Shown here piece by piece: positions 13,204 through 25,922 of a stretch of 64,000 nucleotides of DNA. Numbering within the stretch: position 1 is the first letter of the stretch; every line of letters starts with the position of its first letter. The stretch covers positions 353,338,001-353,402,000 of the forward strand of contig NC_091287.1 in assembly GCF_032444005.1 (NCBI RefSeq). Reading direction: 5' to 3'. A program made the position numbers and the translations under genes. This DNA is from Ranitomeya imitator. Taxonomy: Eukaryota. The notes under the pieces are model-generated. The model did no database searches. It was not told the DNA's origin and was given only the letters and a program-made list of their open reading frames with translations.

Positions 13204-14089
13204 TGTACAATTATGTGGGTACTATGGAATCTGATTGCATGGGATAAAACGAGTCTGAGACCAAAGCTGAGACTAATGAGTGTTTTTCACAAAGCAAGAA
13301 GTAGGACATAAACAAGCAGAGATTTTCCTGCAATTGCAACGAAGTGACAGCACAAAACAGAAATGTCAGCAAACTTAGTAGCAGGTGCGACCGCTCATAC
13401 AAACAAGTCCAGCAGTAATATGCAGCAAGAGTGTGAACGGCACTTATACGTGGAAGCCCAGCAGTAGAATGCAAACAAGAGTGCGACGGCACTTATAAGT
13501 CGAAGTCCAGCAGTAGTATGCAAACAAGAGTGGGGCCTGCACTTATATGTGGAAGTACAGCAGTAGTATACAACAAGAGAGCGAGGGGCACTCATACGTG
13601 GAAGTCCAACAGTAGTATGCAAACTAGAGTGCGACGGACACTTATACATGGAAGTCCAGAAATACATGGAGATGACACCTTCATGGAAGTCCAGAAATAC
13701 ATAGGTGGAGCATAACAGTGAGTAGGTCCTTAAATGTACCTTTTGGGCTGAGAAGTCCCACTCAAGTCCCACAATGCAGCCTGCAACAGGACAAAGTCTC
13801 AGAAGTCAGGACAGGTAACCCCAGCCAGGATCCGGAAGGAGCTTAGAAGACTGAAGGCAACTGGAAGTGGTGAAGCAGAGCACCGAGTAACGAGCAGCAG
13901 CAGGAACTTCAGAGGCAAGCCAGGAGGAAGCACAGAAGCAAACAGCAACAAAATACTCAGGCAAGGAGGGTCTCCCTACCTGGACTTAAATAGCAGGGCA
14001 GACAGGAAGCTCCAGGGCAGGACGAAGTACCAGACTCCATCTTGGACAAGGGCAAAACAAGCTCTATGGAGACATCTGGAATCCTTACA
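13204..14089. mobile_element. Solo LTR (886 bp) with internal ~50-bp tandem repeat
   Basis: TGTAC...TTACA ends; 5-bp TSD ACTAT (13199-13203, 14090-14094); AAGTCCAGCAGTAGTATGC units at ~13405-13700. Confidence 0.75.
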
Positions 14090-14779
14090 ACTATTCTGTG
14101 TGACATGACTCTCTGACTTAAGGGCACAAAAATTTAAAAGTTTGAAAATTGCTAAATTTTCAACATTTTTTGCCAAATTTTTGTTTTTTCCATAAATAAA
14201 CACACAGATTTAACCCCTTAGTGACAGAGCCAATTTGGTACTTAATGACCAGGCCAATTTTTGCAATTCTGACCACTGTCACTTTATGAGGTTATAACTC
14301 TGGAAGGCTTCAACGGATCCTGCTGATTCTGAGATTGTTTTTTCGTGACATATTGTACTTCATGTTAGTGGTAACATTTCTTCGATATTACTTGCGATTA
14401 TTTATGAAAAAAACGGAAATATGGCGAAAATTTTTAAAATTTTGCAATTTTCAAACTTTGTATTTTTATGCCCTTAAATCAGAGAGATATGTCATAAAAA
14501 ATAGTTAATAAATAACATTTCCCACATGTCTACTTTACATCAGCACAATTTTGGAAACAAAATTTTTTTTTGTTAGGGAGTTATAAAGGTTAAAAGTTGA
14601 CCAGCAATTTCTCATTTTTACAACACCATTTTTTTTTAGTGACCACATCACATTTGAAGTCATTTTGAGGGGTCTATATGATAGAAAATAATGAAGTGTG
14701 ACACCATTCTAAAAACTACACCCCTCAAGGTTCTCAAAACCACATTCAAGAAGTTTATTAACCCTTTACATGCTTCACA

Positions 14780-17010
14780 GGAACTGAAACAATGTGGAAG
14801 GAAAAAATGAACATTTAACTTTTTTTTGCAAACATCTTAATTCAGAACCATTTTTTTTATTTTCACAAGTGTAAAAACAGAAATGTAACCATAAATTTTG
14901 TTATGCAATTTCTCCTGAATACGCCAATACCCCATATGTGGGGGTAAACCACTGTTAGGGCGCACCGCAGAACTTAGAAGTGAAGGAGCGCCGTTTGACT
15001 TTTTCAATGCAGAATTGGCTGGAATTGAGATCGGACACCATGTCACATTTAGAGAGCCCCTGATGTACCTAAACAGTGGAAACTCCCCACAAGTGACACC
15101 ATTTTGGAAACTAGACCCCTTAAGGAACTTATCTAGATGTGTGGTGAGCACTTTGAACCCCCAAGTGCTTCACAGAAGTTTATAACGTAGAGCCGTGAAA
15201 ATAAAAAATCGCTTTTGTTTACACAAAAATGATTTTTTTGCCCACAAATTCTTATTTTCACAAGGGTAACAGGAGAAATTAGACCACAAAAGTTGTTGTG
15301 CAATTTCTCCTGAGTACGCTGATACCCAATATGTGGGGGTAAACAACTGTTAGGGCGCACCGCAGAGCTTGGAAGAGAAGGAGTGCCGTTTCACTTTTTC
15401 AATGTAGAATTGGCTGGAATTGAGATTGGACGCCATGTCGCGTTTGGAGAGCCCCTGATGTGCCTAAACAGTGGAAACCCCCCACAAGTGACACCATTTT
15501 GGAAACTAGACCCCTTAAGGAACTTATCTAGATGTGTGGCAAGCACTTTGAACCCCCATGTACTTCACAGAAGTTTATAACGTAGAGCCGTGAAAAAAAA
15601 AAATTGCATTTTTTCTACAAAAATGATCTTTTTGCCCACAAATTTTTATTTTCACAAGGGTAACAGGAGAAATTAGACCACAAAAGTTGTTGTGCAATTT
15701 CTCCTGAGTACGTCGATACCCAATATGTGGGGGTAAACCACTGTTTGGGCGCACCGCAGAGCTTGGAAGAGAAAGAGTGCCGTTTTACTTTTTCAATGTA
15801 GAATTGGCTGGAATTGAGATCGGACGCCATGTCGCGTTTGGAGAGCCCCTGATGTGCCTAAACAGTAGAAATCCCCCACAAGTGACCCCATTTTGGAAAC
15901 TAGACCCCCATGGAACTTATCTAGATGTGTGGTGAGAACCTTGAATGCCCAAGTGCTTCACAGAAGTTTATAATGCAGAGCCGTGAAAATAAAAAATATT
16001 TTTTTTTTCCACAAAAAAGATTTTTTAGCCACCAAATTTTTATTTTCACAAGGGTAACAAGAGAAACTGGACCCCAAAAGTTGTTGTCCAATTTGTCCTG
16101 AGTATGCTGGTACCCCATATGTGGGGGTAAACCACTGTTTGGGCGGACGGCAGAGCTCGGAAGGAAGGAGCGCCGTTTTGGAATGCAGACTTTGATAGAA
16201 TGGTCTGCGGGTATTATGTTGCGTTTGCAGAGCCCCTGATGTACCTAACCAGTAGAAACCCTCCACAAGTGACCCCATTTTGGAAACTAGACCCCCCAAG
16301 GAACTTATCTAGATGTGTGGTGAGAACTTTGAATGCCCAAGTGCTTCACAGAAGTTTAGAATGCAGAGTCGTGAAAATAAAAAATATTTTTTTTTCCACA
16401 AAAAAGATATTATAGCCCCCAAGTTTTTATTTTCACAAGGGTAACAGGAGAAATTGGACTGCAATAGTTGTTGTCCAATTTATCCCGAGTACGCTGATGC
16501 GCCATATGTGGCGGTAAACCACTGTTTGGGCGCACGGCAGAGCTCGGAAGGGAAGGAGCGCCTTTTTGGAATGCAGACTTTGATAGAATGGTCTGTGGGC
16601 ATTATGTTGCGATTGCAGAGCCCCTGATGTACCTAAACTGTAGTAACCCCCCACAAGTGACCCCATTTTGGAAACTAGACCCCCCAAGGAACTTATCTAG
16701 ATGTGTGGTGAGAACTTTGAATGCCCAAGTGCTTCACAGAAGTTTAGAATGCAGAGTCGTGAAAATAAAAAATATTATTTTTTTCACAAAAAAGATTTTG
16801 TAGCCCCCAAGTTTTTATTTTCACAAGGGTAACAAGAGAAATTGGACCCCAATTTATCCCGAGTACGCTGATGCCCCATATGTGGGGGTAACCCACTGTT
16901 TGGGCGCACGGCAGAGCTCAGAAGGGAGGGAGCACCATTTGACTTTTTGAGCGCAAAATTGGCTGTCGTATTTGGAGACCCCCTGATGTACCTAAACAGT
17001 GGAAACCCCC
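14780..17010. repeat. ~390-bp tandem array (5-6 units)
   Basis: GGAAACTAGACCCC...GGAACTTATCTAGATGTGTGG recurs at about 15108, 15502, 15896, 16284 and 16672. Confidence 0.9.
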
Positions 17011-17019
17011 CAATTCTAG

Positions 17020-17929
17020 CTCCAACCCTAACCCCAACACACCCCTAACCCTAATCCCAACCTCATCCATAATCCTAATCACTAACCCTAACCATAATCA
17101 CAACCCTTACCCCAAAACAACCCTAATGTCAACCCTAACCATAACCCTAATCAAAACCCTAAATCCAACACACCCCTAATCCTAATCTCAACCCTAACCT
17201 CAAACCTAACCCTAATCCCAATACACCCCTAATCACAACCCTAACCTTAACCCTAATCCCAAACCTAACCCTAATCCCAAGCGTAACCCTAATGCCAACC
17301 CTAATCCAAACCCTAACCCTAATACGAACCCTAATCCAAACCCTAACCCTAATCCCAGCTCTAACCCTAACTTTAGCCCCAACCCTAGCCCTAACTTTAG
17401 CCCCAACCCTAACCCTAGCCCTAGGGCTACTTTCACACTTGCGTCCTTTGGCATTACGTCGCAATCCGTCGTTTTGGACAAGAAACGGATCCTGCAAATG
17501 TGCCCGCAGGATGCGTTTTTTGCCCATAGACTTGTATTGCCGACGGATCGTGACGGATGGCCACACGTCGCGTCCGTCGTGCACTGGATCAGTTGTGTTT
17601 TGGCGGAGCGTCGGCACAAAAAAAGTTCAATGAAACGTTTTTTTGTACGTCGCATCCGCCATTTCTGATCGCGCATGCGTGGCCGTAACTCCGCCCCCTC
17701 CTCCCCAGGACATAGATTGGGCAGCGGATGTGTTGAAAAACTACAGCTGCTGCCCACGTTGTGCACAATTTTCACAACGTGCGTCGGTATGTCGGGCCGA
17801 CGCATTGCGACGGCCCCGTACCGACGTAAGTGTGAAAGAAGCCTAACCCTAAGTTTAGCCCCAACACTAACCCTAAATTTAGCCCCAACCCTAACCCTAA
17901 ATTTAGCCCCAACCCTAGCCCTAACCCTA
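17020..17929 (-). repeat. Degenerate telomere-like (CCCTAA)n tract, interrupted by a MITE
   Basis: CCCTAA, CCCCAA and CCCTAG repeats at 17020-17424 and 17844-17929. Confidence 0.9.
17425..17843. mobile_element. Harbinger-type MITE (419 bp)
   Basis: TIRs GGCTACTTTCACACT / AGTGTGAAAGAAGCC followed by TAA; same family as 33813-34233. Confidence 0.85.
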
Positions 17930-18219
17930 NNNNNNNNNNNNNNNNNNNNNNNNNNNNNNNNNNNNNNNNNNNNNNNNNNNNNNNNNNNNNNNNNNNNNNN
18001 NNNNNNNNNNNNNNNNNNNNNNNNNNNNNNNNNNNNNNNNNNNNNNNNNNNNNNNNNNNNNNNNNNNNNNNNNNNNNNNNNNNNNNNNNNNNNNNNNNNN
18101 NNNNNNNNNNNNNNNNNNNNNNNNNNNNNNNNNNNNNNNNNNNNNNNNNNNNNNNNNNNNNNNNNNNNNNNNNNNNNNNNNNNNNNNNNNNNNNNNNNNN
18201 NNNNNNNNNNNNNNNNNNN
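17930..18219. other. Assembly gap (290 N)
   Basis: Run of N. Confidence 1.
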
Positions 18220-19439
18220 CTGTTCTCCTGCCGGCCGGCAGATGGAGACAGATGGTGGGCGCACTGGGCATGCGTCCGCCATGTTCTGCTGCCGGCGGCC
18301 AGGAGGAGCAGCAAGAGGATCCAGGGACCTAGGTGAGTATGCTAGGGTCCCCGAATCCCCCTATTTCTCTGTCCTCTGATGTGCGATCACATCAGAGGAC
18401 AGAGAATTACACTTTACTTTTTTTTTTTTGCGGTCGCCGGTAAACAGTTAATTACCGGCGATCGCAAAACAGGGGTCGGTAATACCGACCCCGATCGTGC
18501 TCTTTGGGGTCTCGGCTACCCCCGGCACCGGAGACCCCAAAGATTCTCCCGGTGCCAGCCGGCGGGCGCACTGCGCATGCGCCCGCCATTTTGAAGATGG
18601 CGGCGCCCACCGGGAGACACGAGGAGCATCGGGGGAGCTAGGTGAGTATTGGGGGGCCACCTGGGACCCCTTTTCTCTGTCCTCCGATGTGCGATCACAT
18701 CGGAGGACAGAGAAATTAAAAACAGATCGCTTTTTTTTTTTTTTTTTGCGATCGCCGGTAAATGGTTAATTACCGGCGATCGCAAATGCGGGGTGGGTTA
18801 AAACCCCCCCGAATCATGTTCTCTGGGGTCTCTGCTACCCTCGGCAGCCGAGACCCCGGAGAAAATCGGCCTCTGGGGGGCGCTATGGACTTTTTCCACA
18901 GCGCCGTTAATTAACGGCGCTGTGGTTTAAGTACCCTTAGCGGCCGCCGTTAAAAGGCGTATCGGCGGTCGCTAAGGGGTTAAACACTATCATGAAGTAC
19001 AATATGTTCATGAAAAAACAGTCTCAAAATCAGTGGGATACGTTGAAGCGATCCAGAGCTATAAACTCATAAAGTGACAGTGGTCAGAACTGTAAAAATT
19101 GGCTTGGCCACTAAGGTCAAAATTGGCTCAGTCCCTAAGGGGTTAATATGTAATAATTAAGCAAACCATTAATAAATGATCCCAGACACATTTCAATTAT
19201 TGCAACTATTGTACGCCTGCTGCAATTTTTGAATACAAATTAATTTGTTCCCATAATTTACTTGTGCAACAACATTGAAGTTTACAAATGAAATACCAAT
19301 TTTAATAAATAATACATGAAATACAATCTTATTGTTTTGTTAAAGTATACAGGGTACCTGGAAATGTTAAAATGGTAGCAATAAGCAGCGCACTATTGAT
19401 TATTGCCACTGTTAGTATCTTCATTCCTCGGCAATAAAT

Positions 19440-19750
19440 GTAGAAACTTGGCACTGAAAAATTTGTAGAAAATGAAACTAAATTTATTGGCAATCCATTT
19501 GGTCAATTTAGTTCACACTTTCATCAGAATTGATTGCCATATGTGATGTTCTTACGACAAGCACAAGGCAGCGCTGTGTATTCGCCATTCCACGGTGGCG
19601 AGATCGCACTAACACAGCGCTGCCTTGTGCTTGTCGTAAGAACATCACATATGGTATCAATTCGGATGAAAGTGTGAACTAAATTGACCACATGGATTGC
19701 CAATAAATTTAGTTTCATTTTCTACAAATTTTTCAGTGCCAAGTTTCTAC
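19440..19750. repeat. ~310-bp near-perfect inverted repeat (foldback)
   Basis: GTAGAAACTTGGCACTGAAAAATTTGTAG... and ...CTACAAATTTTTCAGTGCCAAGTTTCTAC; arms ~140 bp. Confidence 0.9.
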
Positions 19751-20190
19751 GTTCTATGGGTTGGAACTCCACTTGGGAACCTCATCTTCTTACCAGAAGT
19801 GCTGTATGTCTTCCTTAGTTCATTCCTTGACAATGTCATGAATGAACTACATTGCCTTTCAGATTTGTCAGTTTTGGAATTGCACAATCTTTTAACTGGC
19901 TGATGGAGTTGGGGCTTTATTAAGAATAGTGTATCAGGTTGAAGTTTTCTGTACTTTCTAACTTGCACCATATTTATAATTTGTTGTAGACACATTCTGT
20001 GACTTGTCTAATAAGGAGGCATAGTCTCGCTAGAAAGAGCATGGTGTACCGGAAAGGCATGGCCTAGTATAAGCCACCATACACCAAAAAAATGGCAGCA
20101 TTGTGGCATACATTACACACCTATCTCGTTTACAGGGCCGAGCTCTGCTCTATTACCGTGTGGTCACTCACAAGTCTTGTGCATCTTTAA

Positions 20191-20492
20191 GGCTACGTTC
20201 ACATTTGCGTTGTGCGCTGCTGTGTCGGCGACGCAACGCACAACGCAAACAAGAACACATGCAGAAACGCATAGTTTTGTGACGCATGCGTCCTTTTTTC
20301 CCGGATTTTGGACGCAAAAAAAATGCATCTTGCTGCGTCCTCTGTGCCCTGACGCTTGCGGCAAAAAAGATGCATGCATCGCAAAACGCATGCAAACGCA
20401 TGTCCATGCGCCCCCATGTTAAATATAGGGGCGCATGCGTCGCCGCGGCTGCGCCCGACGCAGCCCGGCAGAACGCAAATGTGAACGTAGCC
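20191..20492. mobile_element. Harbinger-type MITE (302 bp)
   Basis: TIRs GGCTACGTTCACAT / ATGTGAACGTAGCC; TAA TSDs; same family as 63698-63996. Confidence 0.9.
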
Positions 20493-20621
20493 TAACTGTA
20501 CAGAAATTGAAATATTCTCTGTCTTGTGCTAATTTCTGGTGTGAGAATACATCTGTTTGTCCATGACTGCAGGAGTGAGTGTGGCTGCTGTATCCCAGCA
20601 CTAACGTGTAAGGAAATTTAA

Positions 20622-20862
20622 AGGGAACCTGTCACCTGAATTTGGCGGGACCAGTTTTTGGTCATATGGGCAGAGTTTTCGGGTGTTTGATTCACCCTTT
20701 CCTTACCCGCTGGCTGCATACTGGCCGCAATATTAGATTGAAGTTCATTCTATGTCCTCCGTAGCACATGCCTGCGCAAGGCAATCTTGCCTTGCACAGG
20801 CGTGTACTACGGAGGACATAGAATGAAAACCGGTCACGCCAAATTCAGGTGACAGGTTCCCT
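20622..20862. mobile_element. Kolobok/T2-type MITE
   Basis: TTAA then AGGGAACCTGTCACC ... GGTGACAGGTTCCCT; right-hand TTAA is missing. Confidence 0.75.
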
Positions 20863-21622
20863 CTCTTCGATATAAGAAGACCAATACTAATAAAGACCAA
20901 TAATACTTAGGGGCCCTGTCGGAGATTTTGTATTGGGGCCTAATAGCGTCATGTCAAACAACAATGCAGGGGTATTTATGCTCAATTTTCTTGATACTAT
21001 TAAAAAGTGCTGTGATCTCTGAAAAATCATTAATTATGGTGAATGCCTTTGGCATGTCCATAATTTTCAACTTTCCAACAAAAAGGGATCTTAAAGCCTT
21101 TGATAAATTCCTTCAATATGTATGAATTCTTATCTTCACTTGTATTTTTATTGCAAATCAGCTTAGTCCACGCTGTTATGGGCTTGTAGTAGTTGAGTGC
21201 TGAGTCTCCTTCTGTTTTCTTTTCATATGTTATCACACAATTGTGGTTTGGTACTCTGTAATCTTTATGCTGATGAAATTTTAACTGTTCACTTCCACAA
21301 GTGAAATTTATTCTGGTTTAAATGAGACCACCTCCCCATATCGGTCAACTACATCTGTTATGTTCATGCTGCACCTAATATTGATCCTTTTAGAAGGGAG
21401 CTCTTGTTTACTTCATTTTCTGAATCTCATGCTTAAATTTATATGTGCATGATAACATTCTTTACTACTGTGCAAAAAATTTTTACGCGAGTGTGCAAAA
21501 TACTGCAAAGTAAGAATGCTTTCAAGAATAGACAATAATAGAAGTATTAATATTTATATTATTCAACAAAATGCAAAGTGAATGAGCAAGAAAAAAATGT
21601 AAATGTAATCAATATTTGTTGT

Positions 21623-22475
21623 TGTTAGGGGTCGAGTTCCTGCCTCTGCACAGGGGGAATCTGGAGCCATCTCCACTGCGGTCTCCCATTCTTCTCCTGC
21701 CGCAGTGGAGCCTGCTCAGTGGAGGCGTCGGTCCCAGCGTCATGCTCAGTCTGACACTATGCGAAGGGTTACTGCTGTCCTTCCAGCTTCTGCCATTGTG
21801 GCCAGTACTGGTCAGCAGTGAGCAGACGTCTTTGGGACTAAGTACTACTTTTCCCCTTCTGAGCATGCCCAGGGTAAGACCTCTCATTGGAGATCAAGGG
21901 TCACATGCTCAGGTACTGCAGCAAATCTTATTGGTCCTCTAGGAAGATCCTGAAGGTGTTCAACGTCTGTGGCAGCCTCTCATTGGTCCTTCTAGGAAGG
22001 TCCTGTACTTGCTGCAGCTATAAGAGGTGCGCATGACCTCACGGCTGTGCGCTAGTATCAATTTATGTATGAGCTCAGCGCCAGTGTGGTCATGTTTGTA
22101 TGCAGTCAGGGACCCGGCTGAAATAAGCCCCTAGAATGCTGGCACCTCCGGCGAGGAGTTTCGTGTGTGTGTATTCAGGGACCCAGCTGAAATAAGCCCC
22201 TAGAATGCTGGCACCTCTGGCAAGGAGTTTCATGTTTGCATTTGACTGCATGACCACCATCTGCTCTACTAAGTAGCTGTGTTCCTCTGTGAGCCAAACA
22301 GGGCACAGCGTTATCTTCGCTAACAGACTCTGTGAAGTAACAGAGTCTGTTTATACTACTATATTGTACCGCCATATCTAGCAGCAGGTGCTTTCCTGCA
22401 CGGTGGATCCCGGGTTGCGAACGCACCAACTTCTTCTAATAAATATATATTCGGTGCGTTACGCCAACCCTAACA
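21623..22475. mobile_element. Solo LTR (853 bp)
   Basis: TGTTAGG...CCTAACA ends; 5-bp TSD GTTGT; internal ~40-bp duplication (CAGGGACCC...CTAGAATGCTGGCACCTC). Confidence 0.85.
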
Positions 22476-23842
22476 GTTGTGACCACCCTTTTCCTTCAAA
22501 ACAGTATCGAAGCATCAATTTTTCTAGATACACTTTCACAAAGTTTTTGAAGAAACTCGGCAGCAAGGTTGTTTCAAATATCTTGGGGAAATAGTCAGAA
22601 ATCGTCTGCGAATGTAGATTTGCACAAATATTTCTGTGTCTCCTTTCTGTGCTTTCATGTAATTTCTGACAGACTCATTGATTTTGTGACCAGTGCTCTG
22701 TGAGGAGCATATCCTCACTACCAGGACTCCTTGTTATTTTTTACTCTTCAGATAATTACTAATTATATTTTTTGTATGCTCAGGGGCGTTGGGCTGCTGC
22801 AATATGATTATGGATATAATCAGTGACCTCCCTGATGTGTTACATGATGAAGAAATATCTGCCTTTCCAACATTGAGGGTACTGAGAAATGGGCAATGTG
22901 AAGGACTGCACATGCAGTGGTCAGCCCAAAAAAAGTTAGTGTAGTAGATGAGAAACATCATGCTTACTTCCCTTCACAACTGCAAGATGCCCAGCAGTGT
23001 CATCAGCTCAGAAATGGCAGCAACCAGTGGGAACCAGCTAAACCCATCTACTGCTCAAAGAAGTCTGGTCAGAAGTGGTCTTATGTAAGAATTGTGGCCA
23101 AAAACCATACCTTTGACATGGATACCATGCCATGAGATTCAACTTTGCTTGAAAACATAGGAACTGAGTGCTAAAAATCGCCACAGGTGCTCTGTACTAA
23201 TGAGTCAAAATTTTAAAATATTTTTCTGTAACAGAAGGGTAGTATCTAGGGGGAAGGTGATTAGGGCATTTACCCCAGGCACTGTTGGCAGGGTATGCTG
23301 TCAGGATGCATGCATCTCCTTAGTGACTGCATTTTGCCTACCCCCAGAGTGGGAGTTGACCTCTCTCTACCGACTGTCAAGCTGACAGCCAACTCAAAGA
23401 AGCAATCAATTGTACGTGCGTCTACTCGCCTCTCTCAGACGTGAGTACAATTGTAGCCCTGAGCTCGTCAGGGCGACATCAGCAGCATGACCAGGTCAAC
23501 TGATCACGCTGCTGATGTCCCTCTGCAGCACCACAGTTCTTGTTCTGCTGATGTATTCTTGTACTTATGGTGGCTCTAGTGATGTATTTCTCTGATGGTG
23601 GGTTGGGTGGCATATTTCTGTACTGATGGTGGTGCTGGTGATTAATTTTGGTATTGTTGGTGGTTCTGGTGATGTATATCTGTACTGCTGGTGATGTATT
23701 CTTGTGCTGTTATTGGTTCTGATCCTGTACACATATAAGAATACATAACTTATAAGATTACATGATAGATGGCTATGTTAATAAATTATTGGCTGTCTGA
23801 GAAGTTAAGGGTTACTGTTTTTATTTAACTTAGGAGCATTAA

Positions 23843-24238
23843 AGGGGTTGTCCATGTTTGTAATGGAAGTCAGCAGTCTTTCTATGTGACTTCGGACTTC
23901 TGAATCCTTACAGTGAACGCATTCCACACTGTCAGGATCCTCTGGTGCCGGTAGTGAAAGCAAGAGGTCATGCAACCGCAAGTAGGCAATTTGCATACAT
24001 GCAGTTATGTGCCAACTAGACATGCGCTGCCTCACTCAATACAAGTGAATTGAGCGAGGCCAGACACGTCTAGTTGGAATGTGGCCGGAAGTATGCAAAT
24101 CGCATACTTGTGCTCACATGACCATCCACTCTTGCCGCCGGCACCAAAGGATCCTGAGAGTGTGTGGGGTGCATGCATTGAGAGAATTCAGGAACCTAGA
24201 GTGACTACAGACCTTCATTACAAATCTGGACAATCCTT
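23843..24238. mobile_element. Kolobok/T2-type MITE
   Basis: TTAA-AGGGGTTGTCCA ... TGGACAATCCTT-TTAA. Confidence 0.75.
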
Positions 24239-24818
24239 TTAAATATAACATTAAGCACTGTAGCATGTCCAATCGTAAAAGCGTGTCAGATGCTCACAGT
24301 CAGGACTCAGCTCTGCTTCCTAGTTCCAGTATTCATCACATGATCACTCATATGCGATTTTCATACTTACAGTCATGTGACAACGAGCTTCTCTTACTTC
24401 TTCTCTCAGTGAAGTAGGAAAAGCAGCTGATCAGCATATAAGTGTTCACATGACAACTACTCAAACTGAATTATTGCGCCTAGGTACACCTCAACAGAAG
24501 GCTGTAGAGCTGGAGTGCGATACAATAATGAGTGTCTTTAGACAAGAGTGACGCATGGTGGAAGATCCATGCAATTTTGTTACTGAATTTCAAGATTAAT
24601 GCTGTTATCAATGGTAAAAATACAGGCAGATTGCTATCAATTATGTAATACCATCAGGGAGATCTAATTAGCTCCAAATTTGATATCCAGCAGTATGACA
24701 TTAAAATTGCAATGTTAATAAGTACTATCTTCAGAGTAGAACAAGGCATCCTGGAAATGATGATATGATCTCCACAGAGCCATAATCTCAACATCATCGA
24801 TTCTGTTTTGGTTTACAT

Positions 24819-25150
24819 CAGGGGTGGGGAACCTCAGGCCCGTGGGCCGTTTATGGCCCTCGGTGACTTTTCTCCAGCCCCAGGACAGATTCCCAGAGAC
24901 CGCAGTGCTTGAGCCGGCAGCTGTATTTTGACAACCATTGGCCCATTAATTTCTTCTTGCTCTGTGAGCATGCGCACACAATGTTCACTACTGAACACTG
25001 AGGAGCGTGCAATGAAAGATTACATCATGACACCAATGCCAGCATCAGAATATACTTAATTGGTGCAGGTAGCATGCAATTTGTATGGCCCCCGAAGGAA
25101 AGTATGAATGCCCAAATGGTCCTTGGCAGAAAAAAGATTCACCACCCCAG
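24819..25150. mobile_element. Short hAT-type non-autonomous element
   Basis: CAGGGGTGGGGAAC ... ATTCACCACCCCAG termini; degenerate 8-bp TSD GTTTACAT/TCTTACAT once the adjacent LTR is removed. Confidence 0.6.
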
Positions 25151-25151
25151 T

Positions 25152-25922
25152 TGTTATGATTAGCTAATTCAGAACCACAATGGACCTTGAAGTTCAGAGC
25201 ACACAAAGTGACCTGACAATAACCAAAAGACATAGGACAAGCTCTGAGACGTGGGAACTCTGCTGACCGCAATCCCTAATCCTATCCAACCACACTAGAG
25301 GCAGCCGTGGATTGCGCCTAAAGCTCCCTATGCAACTCGGCACAGCCTGAGAAACTAGCTAGGCCTAAGATAGAAGAATAAGCCTACCTTGCCTCAGAGA
25401 AATACCCCAAAGGAAAAGGCAGCCCCCCACATATAATGACTGTGAGTAGAGATGAAAATACAAACGCAGAGATGAAATAGATTTAGCAAAGTGAGGCCCA
25501 ACTTACTGAACAGACCGAAGATAGGAAAGATAACTTTGCGGTCAACACAAAACCCTACAAACAACCACGCAGAGGGGCAAAAAGACCCTCCGCACCGACT
25601 AACGGTACGGAGGTGCTCCCTCTGCGTCCCAGAGCTTCCAGCAAGCAAGAAAAACCAATTAAGCAAGCTGGACAGAAAAAAATAGCAAAACAAAAATAAC
25701 ACAAGCAAAACTTAGCTTATGCAGAGCAGACGGCCACAGGAACGATCCAGGAGGAAGCAAGACCAATACTAGAACATTGACTGGAGGCCAGGAGCAAAGC
25801 ACTAGGTGGAGTTAAATAGAGCAGCACCTAACGACTTCACCACATCACCTGAGGAAGGAAACTCAGAAGCCGCAGTACCACTCGTGACCACAGGAGGGAG
25901 CTCTGCCACAGAATTCACAACA
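25152..25922 (-). mobile_element. Gypsy solo LTR (771 bp)
   Basis: TGTTATG...CACAACA ends; 6-bp TSD CCCAGT; same length as, and near-identical to, 50987-51757; strand assigned by analogy with the full element. Confidence 0.92.

Larger units (their letters stand above)
14214..18979. mobile_element. Inner non-autonomous piggyBac-like element, inverted relative to the host copy
   Basis: CCCCTTAG...CTAAGGGG termini; TTAA TSDs at 14210-14213 and 18980-18983; spans an N gap. Confidence 0.8.
11845..19142. mobile_element. Outer non-autonomous piggyBac-like element (host of nested insertions)
   Basis: Right end GGCTCAGTCCCTAAGGGG followed by TTAA (19143-19146); left part homologous to the rc of 18800-18950; interrupted at 13204 and 14214. 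Confidence 0.7.

Noticed and set aside
13400-13700. CRISPR-like ~50-bp periodicity
   Set aside because: The whole unit is repeated with no unique spacers, there are no cas genes, and the context is a eukaryotic LTR
17159-18379. Long ORFs of 113-349 aa (RVRVG/LTLTL/GLGLG)
   Set aside because: Translations of telomere-like hexamers and of the N gap
19500-19535. Minus-strand CTGATGA followed by AAGTG, a possible second hammerhead
   Set aside because: No stem II and no correctly spaced GAAA; it is part of the foldback arm
25845-25870. CTGAGGA-AG-GAAAC resembling a hammerhead core in the LTRs (also at ~51685)
   Set aside because: No room for stem II; CTGAG pairs with CTCAG as a simple hairpin
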